Shown here: piece after piece, positions 27,430 through 41,046 of the stretch
How the letters are laid out: each line of letters starts with the position of its first letter
Position numbering within the stretch: the first letter of the stretch is position 1
NCBI RefSeq assembly: GCF_009914755.1
Contig: NC_060936.1
Length of the DNA: 64,000 bases
From: the human T2T-CHM13v2.0 reference genome, Homo sapiens
Strand: one strand, 5' to 3'
Position numbers and translations under genes: made by a program
The notes under the pieces: model-generated
The model's input: the letters and a program-made list of their open reading frames with translations, nothing else
Told to the model about the DNA's origin: nothing
Databases searched by the model: none

Positions 27430-27570
27430 AGCACGGTGTATATAAACAATAAGGCTAAGATCATATCCAGTGATATCATCAGTACTAATGGGATTGTTCA
27501 TATCATAGACAAATTGCTATCTCCCAAAAATTTGCTTATCACTCCCAAAGACAACTCTGGAAGAATTCTG
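27430..27570 (+). CDS. STAB2: STAB2 exon w15 (141 nt, 0-0): STVYINN...[11 protein letters not shown]...SGRIL (FAS1 H2)
   Basis: tttcag|AGCACG ... ATTCTG|gtaggt. Confidence 0.95.
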
Positions 27571-28080
27571 GTAGGTAAACTCTCTGTTATGTTTTCGGCC
27601 TGGAGTGACTCAATACATTATCATCTCTATTCTGATTCGAAGTCATCATTTTGAAACATTTTCTTTTTCTGCTTCAATCTCAAGCTATTATTAAAAGCCT
27701 AGTAAACATTATTCTTAGTAAGAAATAAATAAGTAAAAGACTATCTTAAATTGATAAGTGGGTTTTATATGTTTTTCTATAGCATCCACAAGGACAGGTA
27801 GTCTTACATAGGTTTAGAAAATGGAGAAGATAGATAAAATTAATTCTGGAGTAAAATTCCTTCTAAATTGACAGAAAATGTAATTTTAACTTTTATTTTT
27901 ATTTATTAATATAGGTCAAGGTCTTCCACAGCAGAACACAGAATCCACTACACTTAGACAAAAAAAAGTTTCTTGAGATAGTAGATACATCATCAAATCT
28001 CTGGAAGGGTAGAGCCTAATTCGGATGCTACACAGCTGGGAGCAGAGCAGCCCAAGGAGGTCTACAAAGGGTAGACACCT

Positions 28081-28409
28081 GGCTAGGTGCAGTGGCTCAA
28101 ACCTGTAATCCCAGCAATCCGGGAGGCCAAGATGAACAGATTGCTTGAGTCCAGGAGTTCAAGACCAGCCTGGGCAACATAGTGAAACCCTGTTTCTACT
28201 AAAAATACAAAAAACTAGCCAGGTGTGATGGTGCATGCCTATAATCCCAGCTACTTGGGAGGCTGAGGTGGGAGAATCACCTCATCCCAGGATCAGATGC
28301 TTGCAGTGAGCTGAGGGCAGTGACCTGAGATCATGCTACTGCACTCTAGTCTGGGCAACCAGAGTGAGATCCTGTCTAAAAAAGTTTTTTTTAATTAAAC
28401 ACACACACG
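28081..28409 (+). mobile_element. Alu (AluJ-like), TSD ~aagggt(ag/ga)acacct
   Basis: Dimeric Alu with degenerate tail. Confidence 0.92.
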
Positions 28410-28889
28410 AAGGGTGAACACCTAACCTGATAACCTTACCACCAACACCAGGCTGTTCTGGCTGTCCTGGCTGTCACAGCTCTGTGACTGCCACCTGTCT
28501 CCAGCCTCACCACCTTGGACACTAGACACTGGGCTATAGATGTCCCCATTGTGCTTGCCAGAGGGGTTGATCTCCCTTCTAGCAGCTGCTGCCACCTCAT
28601 ATTATTTCTTTCCACCAAGAAGCTTTGCACAAGTGCTTCTGCTTGGAGGACCTTATATATCACATTGGGGTTCTAGCTGCAAGGGAGTCTGGGAAAAAGT
28701 AGCGCTTAGCCTACTAGTCTCTAGAATGCAGAAAAGCGTGGTCAGAAGAGAGTTGGAGCAGGTGCTGATGAGCCCATCTATGTATCCGTCAGGTTATGTT
28801 ACCTTTACTTTTTTTCACTTGAGCTCTTGTTAAATTCCTCTTAAACTGTATAAGGAAAAGTTTCATGCCCATTCTTATTATCTTTGCAG

Positions 28890-28949
28890 CAAAATCTTAC
28901 GACTTTGGCAACAAACAATGGCTACATCAAATTTAGCAACTTAATACAG
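28890..28949 (+). CDS. STAB2: STAB2 exon w16 (60 nt, 0-0): [20 protein letters not shown]
   Basis: ttgcag|CAAAAT ... ATACAG|gtaaaa. Confidence 0.93.
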
Positions 28950-29341
28950 GTAAAAATTTAGGGGAAGTTGACTCAGAGGATAACCTGCCTAAAGAAGTTT
29001 TGTTTTGTTTGTTTTGTTGTTGTTTCTGTTTTGTTTTGACATTGGCCAGCTGTTGTGGGATCTGCATGGGGAAGTCTCAGTTTTCTGGAGAGCAAAGTCA
29101 TTCTCTGCCACTCCCTTCTTAGAATGTTATATGGCTTGTTGAGCTATATAATGTACATTGGCTGAGTTAGAAATTGAGGATTTGAGGCTGGGGAGAGGGA
29201 AAGAAATTGGAATGTGGCAGTAGTGTACTAGGTGCTTCACATCTGGAATTATCAACTCCATTATAAAGATGGGGAATTTGCATGGGAGAGTTGGGAACTC
29301 TATGCCTGTGAGGCAGGTAGAAATTAAAACCGTATCTTTCT

Positions 29342-29635
<294 letters not shown>

Positions 29636-29836
29636 ACATATCTTACTGACTCCAGAGATTGTTCCCATGAATTGAGTAGAAACTTCCAGTATGAACAAAA
29701 GATTGCAGAGGAGAATAGGGAGGAGCAGGCCAAGCATCTTTCTGAGGCTCCCTCTTCCCTGATACTCAACCCTGAGCAGTCACTGGGGACTCCAGAATTT
29801 GACTTTCTGATTTGCTGTCCAAGAAAATACAGGTCA

Positions 29837-30136
29837 GGATGGGCACAGTTGGCTCATGCCTGTAATCCTAGTACTTTGGGAGGCCAAGGCAGGAGGATTG
29901 CTTGAGCCCAGGAGTTTGAGACCAGCCTGGGCAACATGGCGAAACCCCATCTCTACAAAAATACCAAAATGTGCAGAGTGTGGTGGTGCATGCCAGTAGT
30001 CCCAGCTACTCAGGAGGTTGAGGTGGGAGGATCACTTGAACCCACGAGGTTGAAGCTGCATTGAGCTGTGACTGTGCTACTGCACTCCAGCCGGGGCAAC
30101 AGAGTGAGACCCTGTCTCAAAAATAAGAAAAAAAAT
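29837..30136 (+). mobile_element. Alu (AluJ-like)
   Basis: Dimeric Alu; ggaggattgcttgagcccagg J-type. Confidence 0.93.
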
Positions 30137-30319
30137 TGTAGGTCAGAATGGTTGGGGTGTGATGGGCTTCTAGTTTCTCTAGCTGCATCACCCTTGAACC
30201 ATCCAGAGTCCCAGTAAGCCACGGGCTTGAGCATGGAGGAGAATCCTCAGAGACAGAACCCCTGCCCACATGTCTGGGCCTTGCTCAAGCCAGCAAGGGG
30301 CTGAATCCCTGTGTTTCAG

Positions 30320-30496
30320 GACTCAGGTTTGCTGAGTGTCATCACCGATCCCATCCACACCCCAGTCACTCTCTTCTGGCCCACCGACCAAGCCCTCCAT
30401 GCCCTACCTGCTGAACAACAGGACTTCCTGTTCAACCAAGACAACAAGGACAAGCTGAAGGAGTATTTGAAGTTTCATGTGATACGAGATGCCAAG
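30320..30496 (+). CDS. STAB2: STAB2 exon w17 (177 nt, 0-0): DSGLLSV...TLFWPTD...FHVIRDAK
   Basis: tttcag|GACTCA ... GCCAAG|gtattt. Confidence 0.96.
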
Positions 30497-30938
30497 GTAT
30501 TTAGTTTACATGCAGACATAAGTGCAAGAATGTCCCAGGGTGGTGATAAAATTCAGCACCAAGGCATTGTGGCCTAGGAACTGTCAGTGTGTCCCTGTCA
30601 CCACTGTATGCAGGAAGCCACAGCATCCCCTGCCCCACTGTGTCCTCCTCTGACTGGCCGTGGTTGATTGGCTCCTGCAGTATACCACATTTGGTTCTGT
30701 TCCTTGGACCTGCCAATTTTTTTTTTACTTTAATCAATACCCAAGAGCATCATTCCTCTCTCTACTGCAGATCAGCGTTTCCTCCTTCCTAGTTCTCCTG
30801 GCAAAATGGCTGCTGAAAACAGTTCTCAAGTTTTTCCAGATGGACTCTTTCTCATCCAATTCCAAAATTTCTAGGCAAATGACTGATTGATCCAGCTTCA
30901 ATCAATTGTGGCCCCTGAACTGATTAACTGTATCAGAG

Positions 30939-31880
30939 AAGCACGATCATATAGAAACTAGCATGATCATATAGGAACATGCATGATCACATAGGAACAT
31001 ATGTGATATAGGAATAAGCATGATATAGGAGCAAGCACAATCATATAGGAATAAGCATGATCATATAGGAACATACATGATCATATAGGAACATATATGA
31101 TCATATAGGAGCAAGCATCATCATATAGGAGCAAGCACGATCACAGCAGCAAGCATGATCATATGAGAGCAGCATGATCATATAGGAGCAAGCACGATCA
31201 TATAGGAGCAAGCACAATCACATAGGAGCAAACATCATAAAGGAGCAAGCATGATCACATAGGAGCAAGCACGATCATAGGGGAGCAGCACAGTCATATA
31301 GGAGCAAGCACGACCATATAGGAGCAAGCATGATCATATAGGAACAAGCGCGATCATATGGGAGCAAGCACGATCATATGGGAGCAAGCATGATCACATG
31401 GGAGCATGCAGTCTTATAGGAGCAAGCACGATCATATAGGAGTAAGCATGATCATATGGGAGCATGCACAGTCTCATAGGAGCAAGCACGATCATATAGG
31501 AGCAAGCACGATCATATAGGAGCAAGCACGATCACATAGGAGCAAACATCATAAAGGAGCAAGCATGATCACATAGGAGCAAGCAAGATCATATAGGAGC
31601 AAGCACGATCATATAGGAACAAGCGCGATCATATGGGAGCAAGCATGATCACATGGGAGCATGCACAGTCTCATAGGAACAAGAGCGATCATATAGGAGC
31701 AAGCACAATCATATGGGAGCAAGCATGATCACATGGGAGCATGCAGTCTTATAGGAGCAAGCACGATCATACAGGAGCAAGCATGATCATATAGGAGCAT
31801 GCACAGTCTCATAGGAACAAGCATGATCATATGGGAGCAAACATGATCATATAGGAGCAAGCACAATCATATAGGAACAT
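30939..31880. repeat. Minisatellite/VNTR, ~20-bp unit (consensus GATCATATAGGAGCAAGCAY), ~47 copies
   Basis: Tandem repetition visible directly, with variant units. Confidence 0.96.
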
Positions 31881-31985
31881 GGCAGCCATCCTGAGTCCTC
31901 ATCCAGGACTCATGTTTCTCTCCAGGACCAAGTCTGCTCAGTTCAAGAATGCCAAATGCCCCAACTTTAGTTCATCCACAGCATC

Positions 31986-32464
31986 TAGATTAGTTTCCCA
32001 GGGCTGCCATCACAAATTACCACAAGCTGGGCAGCTTAAGCCACAGAAGTGGTTTTTTTTTGTAGTAAACAGTTCTGGAGGTGAGATGTCGGAGATGAAG
32101 GAGCTGGCAAGGTTGTTCCTTCTGGAGTTTCTGAGGGAGAATTTGCTCCATGCTTCTCTCTCCGCTTCTGGTGGCTTCTGGAAATCCTTGGTGCTCCTGG
32201 ATTTGTAGTGTATCCCTCCAATCTGTCTCTGCCATCACAGGACTGTCTCTCCCTGTGTGTTTCTGTGCCTTCACGTAGCATTTGCCTCTTCTTTCTTATA
32301 AGAACACCATTCAAACTAGATTAAGAGTCCACTCTACTCCAGGATTACCTCATCCTAACTAGTTACATCAGCAATGACCTCATTTCCAAATAAGATCATA
32401 TTCTGAGGAACTGGGGGTCAGGACTTCAACATAACTCTTTGAGGGGCACAGTGCCACCCATAAC
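31986..32464 (-). mobile_element. MaLR MLT1B/C-like solo LTR
   Basis: ttagtttcccagggctgccatcacaaattaccacaag...ttccaaataag...cacccataac. Confidence 0.78.
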
Positions 32465-32804
32465 TGCATCCTATGTCATTTCCCAGCCTCACCCACTCAT
32501 TCTTTCATTGGCTTCATACGCTAAGACTGCATCTTCAGAGACTCCCAAGCATAGATGGGAGATGGAAGGGTGATTGAAACCAGTCCACCTGGTCAACTCT
32601 TTCCCTCAAGAAGGAATTTCCAACCTCCCAGAGAGCCCCGATTATTCTTCCCATTGGTTATACCTACGGTCATTTGTAAAGCTAAAGTTATTATAACTCG
32701 TGGAAAAATTTGCATCTGAATTTGGTTTTTTGGTAAAGCTCCTTCGGGCCGTCCCTTCTTCGGCCCAAATTTGGGGCAGTCACGTGGTGCCATCACTCCT
32801 ACAG

Positions 32805-32894
32805 GTTTTAGCTGTGGATCTTCCCACATCCACTGCCTGGAAGACCCTGCAAGGTTCAGAGCTGAGTGTGAAATGTGGAGCTGGCAGGGACATC
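32805..32894 (+). CDS. STAB2: STAB2 exon w18 (90 nt, 0-0): [17 protein letters not shown]...GRDI
   Basis: ctacag|GTTTTA ... GACATC|gtgagt. Confidence 0.95.
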
Positions 32895-33399
32895 GTGAGT
32901 ATCATCATGAAGGGTGGGCAGGGAGGGGTTAACACATTCACAGCAAGCTATTCCCCAACAACTGCCCCTTCAAGGAGATGTTCATTTTTTCCCCTCCATT
33001 CATAGCAGGCTCATTTTTTTTCTCACTACCTTCAGAGGTATTTTTCCTGAGACTGCGTAATTGGATATGAAAAACCTGATAAATCCTGGCCAACCCAAGC
33101 CCTCCTAGCAGGTGGCAGGAAGCCTCTTACACTGTGGAGAGCAGCTTCCAGTTGATTTCATTTTTTGTGTAGAGCATTTTCCAATGTGAGATACTTTCCT
33201 GAAACAGGAAAGTATACAGTCATTCCTTTCTCTTCCTTCCCAGCCCCACCACTGTGACCTCACCTCCAACCCTCTCTTGTCAGTCAGGGCCAGCTCTGGG
33301 CTATACTTACCTAGATCAGCCAACTGAGAGGTTTGCAGTTTTTACCTTCCCTGGCTAGTTCCTGAACAATTCTGTCTTCCTGTAATTCCATATGATGAA

Positions 33400-33725
33400 T
33401 GGGTCTAATGGGATTATTTCAACTGCATATCATGGAAAAGCCAAAATCCTGTGACTTAAATATATAAGGATTTATTCTCTTTCATAAAAGAAATCTTTAG
33501 TATGATGGCTCAGTGGAGAGGTGCCTTCTCTTTCTGCTCTGCAGCACACGGTTCAAGCCTCTAAGGTCCAGCATGGTTGCTGGAGCTCCAGGCACCATGT
33601 CTACTTTCCAGGCAGTGGGAAGGAGGAAGGGCAAAAGGGATGCATCTCCCAATTGAGTTAATTCCCTTCAAGGAGGATTCCAACAAGTTCCATACAACAT
33701 TCTGCATACATCTTATGACCAGTAT
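33400..33725 (-). mobile_element. Old MaLR (MLT1J/I-like) LTR fragment
   Basis: Degenerate MLT1-type motifs; approximate. Confidence 0.45.
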
Positions 33726-34886
33726 CCCTTTGGTATTTGAATTAGAATTGCATTGAATTTATAACTGACTTTGAAGAGTATTCACATCTTTTCATTCCAG
33801 CTTCTGGTACGTTATCCCAGTGTGCACTCTTGGGATTGTCCTGTCTCCCTAGACCAAAATAGACAACTATCAGAGAAGGATAGTAAGAATGCCCTCTGCT
33901 TGTTCTGTGTGTTGATATAGCTTTCAGAGCACTTTGCAATGTATTATTTAGTCTGATCTGTATAACAACCCTATATTAGAAATCCTTTACTCTATTTACC
34001 TGGTGAAAAAAACAATGAACCTCAGAGAGGTTCAGTGACTTGCCCGTAGTCACATAGTACATGAGTGAACACGCAAGGCTTTAACCACAGTTTTCTGGTG
34101 TTCCTTCCACTGAGTCACACTATCTCCATCCCATCCATAGATGCTGGGAGTTATCTTGTTTTCCTCTCAAAAGCTTTCTAAAAGCATTTTGTATATTGGA
34201 AGAATAATGTATCCATCAACTTACTAGCTGGGTGACCTCAGGAAAGGAAGCCCTGAGATTATTGCCAGCATTAAATGAAATAATATCTCCAAAGCCCAGT
34301 TGATTATGCCTGGTACATGTGAAAAAAGAAATTATCATTACAAAGTTAAAGCCTGTCACTTGTACACCCTGGAAAGAAAGCCAAACCGGGCACTTTGCTA
34401 GGTGCTGGCACTAAATAAGGAGACTCAGTTACTACACACAAAGAGGGCACATCAGCGAAGTTCATCCCTAACCACAGCAAGGTCATCCTTGCTCCAACCT
34501 ATCACCCACTGCTGACGTTTCTCCTTTGGTAGAGGAAGTGAAGCAGAGGGTTCAAGGGGGCAGGCTTTGAGGCTGACTGCCTGGGTGCAAATGCCCACAC
34601 CACCATTCACTGGGCAAGTCATTTAACCTCTCACTGCCTTAGTTCCCTCGTCTGTAAATGGGTACTAATAATAATAGCTACATCCATAGAGACACCTTGG
34701 ATTTTTGTAAGAATTAAAAGAATTAGCACAGGTAAAGGACTTAGAACAGTATCTGGCACATAATACAAGCTGGGTATTTGATAAATATATGAATACATGG
34801 GGTTTTATTAAGTTCTTCCTGAGTCTTGCAGTTACTGGCCATGTTACATGGCTGGGAAAGAAGAGATGTGTGAAAGAGATTGACTG

Positions 34887-34917
<31 letters not shown>

Positions 34918-34939
34918 TTTTTTTTTTTTTTTCTTTCTT
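34887..34939 (+). repeat. (TC)11 + T16 compound pyrimidine tract forming the w19 acceptor polypyrimidine tract
   Basis: Direct; ends in ttag immediately before exon w19. Confidence 0.92.
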
Positions 34940-34941
34940 AG

Positions 34942-35088
34942 GGTGACCTCTTTCTGAATGGCCAAACCTGCAGAATTGTGCAGCGGGAGCTCTTGTTTGA
35001 CCTGGGTGTGGCCTACGGCATTGACTGTCTGCTGATTGATCCCACCCTGGGGGGCCGCTGTGACACCTTTACTACTTTCGATGCCTCG
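34942..35088 (+). CDS. STAB2: STAB2 exon w19 (147 nt, 0-0): [10 protein letters not shown]...TFDAS
   Basis: tcttag|GGTGAC ... GCCTCG|gtcagt. Confidence 0.95.
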
Positions 35089-36275
35089 GTCAGTCCTAAA
35101 AACAACAGTGTAGTAAGAGAACCTTAAGCCAAAGAATGGCCCTCATGATCCAGTGTGGACCCTGTTGTGAAACCATTAAGGGCCTGTCCTCAGCAAGACT
35201 AGGACCCAGAAGACCTGAGGGCCAAATGATGTAGTTCTTTAGACTCAGAAGCAACAGGCATCTACTTAGCCCCACACAGCCTGGAATATTCTTGTTTATC
35301 CACCCATCTACTCACCCACTCATTCACTCCCTTATCATTGAGAAAACAGTTCTTGGATACCAACCATATGCCAACTGCCATTCGTTTTCAAACACATCCC
35401 TCTATTCAGTCACTCACTCATGCATTCAACAAATATTTGTTGAATGTCTGACAGATTACACCATATGAAATTGCCATATTTGACAGTCTGGAGCCTATGA
35501 AAAGGGCAATTTCACATAGTCAGTCTAATATGATATGCCACTCACACCTCTATTCACTTACCCATTGATTCATTCATTTGACAATATTGATTGAACTTCT
35601 ATCCCAGGCCCTGCACTGTGTGAGGCATTTTTACATTCACTCATTCATCCATCCAGCACCTTTACTGAGTACTCCCCTGAAGCCAGCCATTGTGTTCAAT
35701 GCTTAGCTTACCCCTACAATAATCCAATAATAGGAACAGTTATCATCTGCCCTATTGTGTAGATTTAGAAACTGAGTCTCAAAGAGGTAAAGTGACTTTA
35801 CATGGCAAAGTTTGTCACCAGTTGATATCAGTACCTGGCATCCCCTAGGAATTTCAATAACTATCCCAAATTTTTTGGATCCCAGTCAGCCAAAGTAGGA
35901 GATGAAACCAGTTGTCCTTTCTACAACAGGGGTCTTCTTAATTTCCAAATTATATTCCACACATATTTTTCATTTAATCATTTTTCCTCATCAATCTTCT
36001 GAAGATCAAATAGCAAGAATTATTATCCCTATTTATTATAAAACTAAGGCTCAAATAGTATTTGTGATTGGCCAAAAGTATACCATTTAACTTAAAATGG
36101 AACTAACACTTGCACCCATATGTCCCACTGCTAATAGCATATGCCTGTAAGACACTGCCCTGGTCCAGCTCTGTATAACAGATTTTCCCTTCAGAGAACA
36201 AAACCACGGAGCCAATGCCCAAGACAGATCTTCAGAATTATCTGTGGCAAAGTTAGTGTGTGTGTGTTGATATTC

Positions 36276-36583
36276 TTTGTTGTTGTTGTTGTTGTCGTCT
36301 TGAGATAGGGTCTTGCTCTGTCATCCAGGCTGGGGTTCAGTGGTGCAATCACAGCTCACTGCAGCCTTGAACTCCTGGGCTCAAGTGATCCCCTCAACTC
36401 AGCCTCCAAAGTCGCTGGGACTACAGGTTCATGTGCCACCATGCCTGGCTAATTTTTTTTTTTTTTACAGTTGGAGTCTTGCTGTGTTGCCTAGGCTGGT
36501 CTCAAACTTCTCGCCTCAAGCAATCTTTCTGCCTTGGCCTCCCAAAGTGCTAGGATTACAGGTGTCAGCCACCATGCCTGGCC
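36276..36583 (-). mobile_element. Alu (AluJ-like)
   Basis: Antisense dimer with (TTG)n tail. Confidence 0.92.
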
Positions 36584-36718
36584 TGTTTTCATATTCTTGA
36601 TCATAGCCAGAGTCTTAAGATTAGTTAAGCCCTTAATCCATCCAGGTATTAATCAGGAACATTTCCTTGTGTTTTCTGATATTCTTGGTTTTCAAGTGTT
36701 TCTTTTCTTGCATACTAG

Positions 36719-36775
36719 GGGGAGTGTGGGAGCTGTGTCAATACTCCCAGCTGCCCAAGGTGGAGTAAACCAAAG
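36719..36775 (+). CDS. STAB2: STAB2 exon w20 (57 nt, 0-0): [19 protein letters not shown]
   Basis: tactag|GGGGAG ... CCAAAG|gtaatt. Confidence 0.94.
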
Positions 36776-36831
36776 GTAATTAAGACTGCAGTGATAATGT
36801 TTGGAGAGCCATAGGTCTGTTTCATTATCAG

Positions 36832-36834
<3 letters not shown>

Positions 36835-36890
<56 letters not shown>
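36835..36890. repeat. (TG)28 microsatellite
   Basis: Perfect dinucleotide run. Confidence 0.97.
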
Positions 36891-36893
<3 letters not shown>

Positions 36894-37948
36894 CCGTGCA
36901 CGTATGTTGCATAAATGTAATTTATGTCATTCTTTCAACAACAAAGCCAATGGGGTAAGATAGATATTCTCAGCCCAGGCAACCTGTCAACCCATGTTCT
37001 AGGACCTGTCTAGAAAAGTCATGGGATGGTAGACCTAGAAGGACTTAGAAGATAATTATGATTATAAAAATAGCTGCATTTTGTTGGCTGCTCTCCATGT
37101 CCCAGGCTCTGTGCTGAGCCTTTATATACTCATTACTCTATCCCTCTTTATAATACTCATAGGAAGCTATTATTACCTACACTTTACTTATGAGAAAAAT
37201 GGGTCTCAGAGAGGGTAAGCAATCAGCCCAAGGCTACACAGCTAGTAAGGAGCAATGCTAGGATGAAAGTCCAGAGAGCAATGGAGAGTAATGTTTAAGT
37301 CAATGAAATTTGGAGTCCACAGGTATGGGGTCAAATTCCATAATCTTTGACAAATCTTATGACCTATCAGGTTTGCCTCTGTAAAATGGAGCTAATAATG
37401 GACTCTCTGTGCAGCTATTAGGAAAAGTAAATTTTAAAAATGTGGGTACACTGAAGTGCCTGGCACATAGTAAGTGCTCATTAAATGCTGTTTTGTATTA
37501 CTTATTCCAAAGTCAAGCTCTTTCTAGTCTACTAGTAAAACCTATAACAAAAATATCTCTACAAAACAAAATCTAACTCATACCCTCCCTGCCTACAATT
37601 TGGGAGCCTTGCCCCACACCCCTTCCATGACAGCAAGCTACCTCCTTCCCACTCCCTCCCCAGGCAACCATGCCACTTGCAGAGCACTCTAAGGGTCTGA
37701 AAGTTCTTCCCCTTGAGACTGGGGAGAAATCTTCCCATGGACCCTAGATCTACTCCCTCCCCTATCTGCGTGTTTCTGTTGACTCCCATAGGAAAAATAT
37801 CACCTTGGAAAAAAAAAGTTGGCTCACACTGGAAGTCCCATTTTTTATTTGGGCAGTACCTAAGACCTCCATGAGGGCACAGACTAGAGCCCCAGAGCCC
37901 TAGTCCCTGCAGTGGTAAGTGAAGGGATGGTCCACTCTCTTCCCTTAG

Positions 37949-38075
37949 GGTGTGAAGCAGAAGTGTCTCTACAACCTGCCCTTCAAGAGGAACCTGGAAG
38001 GCTGCCGGGAGCGGTGCAGCCTGGTGATACAGATCCCCAGGTGCTGCAAGGGCTACTTCGGGCGAGACTGTCAGG
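37949..38075 (+). CDS. STAB2: STAB2 exon w21 (127 nt, 0-1): GVKQKCLY...YFGRDCQ
   Basis: ccttag|GGTGTG ... CAGG|gtgagg. Confidence 0.95.
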
Positions 38076-38745
38076 GTGAGGGTGCCTCTTCCCCCCTCGC
38101 AACTCTAAAAGTGGTAATATGCTCCTGCTCGTTGTCCAGTCTTTGAATGTACCAAAATTATAGGGGGATGGGGGAAACACTGCTAATAATGATTCCCAGA
38201 CCCCAGAACTCTGAAGAGTTGTGTATCATTCCTTCTACTTTGGCATATTTTTTTTATCGAGTTGAGATCCTGCTGTGCATATATTGTAATTGTGTGTCTG
38301 CTTTTTCCCTTGACATTACAGCATAGACATTTATTATGGTGCTAAATACACCGTATTTCATTTTTGATGCTGTGCAACATGATTTCCATGATATTGATAA
38401 GCATGTTTAAAGACTTTGATATGACTCTCCCTTGGCAGGTGATGTACTGACACAGTATGTATGGGCCATAATTTCCTGAGCGCACCCCTGTCCCTGGTAG
38501 AGGATGTATAGCATTGGCTCCCTCTGTTACCTCATCAGGAAAGGGCTCCTTGCCAAAGCACATTTGGGCCCATTCTGAAACCCCTGTGTTAACTTCTAGC
38601 CAACAATACATCAACAGGTGCACATAACAAATGCCTCAAAAGCACTATCTGCTACATGTTGTTCTAAGTAGGCACATTTATTGAGTTTTATTGAGTGCTT
38701 TTTCCCATACATATCAAAACATTTAATCTGGGCAACAACCCCTAG

Positions 38746-39073
<328 letters not shown>

Positions 39074-39723
39074 TGTTGACCCCATTTTGTAAATGAGAAA
39101 ACAGAGGCACAGAGAGGACAAGAAGTAAACCCAAGGTCCCACTGGTCTGTCTTCAGCAGCTGTGATTTTTACTAGCATGCATACTCCATTCATCATAATC
39201 TCACTGAGAATACTCTGGGTTGAGAGCCCCCATGACCACCCAGCTCCACCCTCCATCACTAAAGTGTGGACCATTCATGAAAATCAGTATCATTCTAATA
39301 TTTGTTCAGTGCTTTATATTTTCAAAATGTTCTCAGTTATAATGCCTCATTTGATCTTCACAATAACAACATGGGTATAGGTCAAGCAGACACTGTATCA
39401 TCATTATTATCATCATCATTTAGATCTAAGAAAACAAAAGCTCAGAGCAAGTTCATTACTCAACCCAGATATCCTCAAATCCAGTGCACAAACCCCCAAA
39501 TACAGTGCACAGTTCAGTGTATCACCCTGCCAAGACAGAATCATATCAGATACCATAAAGTTCATGTCCCATAGGCCAGTGACGTGCCTTAAATATCCAC
39601 TGACACTGAAGGCGATGGTCCCTCTGGGCTAACAGAAGTCAGATGCCACAGCACATTTACAAAGGTGCTGAGCTGCTCTGGCTTTGGGAGACTGTTGAGT
39701 CACTGCTGTTTCATCTCTTCCAG

Positions 39724-39873
39724 CCTGCCCTGGAGGACCAGATGCCCCGTGTAATAACCGGGGTGTCTGCCTTGATCAGTACTCGGCCACCGGAGAGTGT
39801 AAATGCAACACCGGCTTCAATGGGACGGCGTGTGAGATGTGCTGGCCGGGGAGATTCGGGCCTGATTGTCTGC
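39724..39873 (+). CDS. STAB2: STAB2 exon w22 (150 nt, 1-1): [10 protein letters not shown]...FGPDCL, laminin-type EGF
   Basis: ttccag|CCTGCC ... CTGC|gtatgt. Confidence 0.95.
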
Positions 39874-40332
39874 GTATGTGGCGCCGCTTCTCCGTGCTAG
39901 AGCTTGTTTTTTGACTGTGTGCTCCCTGTCCTTGTTCATGCCATCTGCCTGACCTGGAGGCATCCTTTTGTCCTTTCTCTCAGCCACACCCCTCCAATCT
40001 GCCTGCCCTATGTGTTTATTTCCTCCTTGGATGCATTCCCAGTTTCCAATGAAAAAGCTTCGCCTCTAGAAGTGAAACTTGTCCCCAGCAGCCACTAAGG
40101 CAAGATGTGGCTGAACAATGTTCATTCGATCATTCAACCAATGTGGATTTACTAAGTCCTTACTAATAGTGAATGCTGACATTGATTAAGTGCCTACTAT
40201 GTGCCAGGCACAAATGTTTTACAATTCAATCCTCTTAACCACCCTTTGAGATAGGTACTGTTATTATCTGCAAGTAGCAGATGAAGAAACCAAGGTACAA
40301 AGAGCTTAAGTGATTTGCTCAAGAGCCAGCAA

Positions 40333-40643
<311 letters not shown>

Positions 40644-40884
40644 GAATATTTCTAATGTCTAGGGATTTGTGGTTTAGGGACTGACAGGGACAAAATTCCA
40701 GCTCTCAAAAGGCTTACAGACACAAATTTTTCTAAAAAATAGTTATAAAGGATATAAAAGCAAAGAAGCAGGTAGAAGGGTGAAGAATGAAAGGAGACAT
40801 TGTTTTAGAAGACACCTCACATAGGGAATATTTGAGTAGAGACCTAACAGACGCAAGGGGACCAAGCATGAGGTATGAAGAGCA

Positions 40885-41046
40885 GGCCAATCAAACTTTC
40901 GGCAGTGCGGGAAAGACTCCATGACTCCACTGGCCAGTATGGTAGCCACTAGGCACATGTGGCTATCGAGCACCCAAAACGTGTGGCTGAGGAAGCAAAT
41001 GTTTAATTAAATTTAAATAGCCACGCGTAGATAGTGGACAGTGCAG
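40885..41046. mobile_element. MER3-like hAT DNA transposon nested in an antisense L2 fragment (~40740-41460)
   Basis: tatggtagccactaggcacatgtggctatcgagcac...aaatttaaatagccac...tggacagtgcag. Confidence 0.65.

Noticed and set aside
30939-31880. Array resembling a CRISPR locus
   Set aside because: There are no unique spacers, the units are head-to-tail, the context is a eukaryotic intron, and there are no cas genes.
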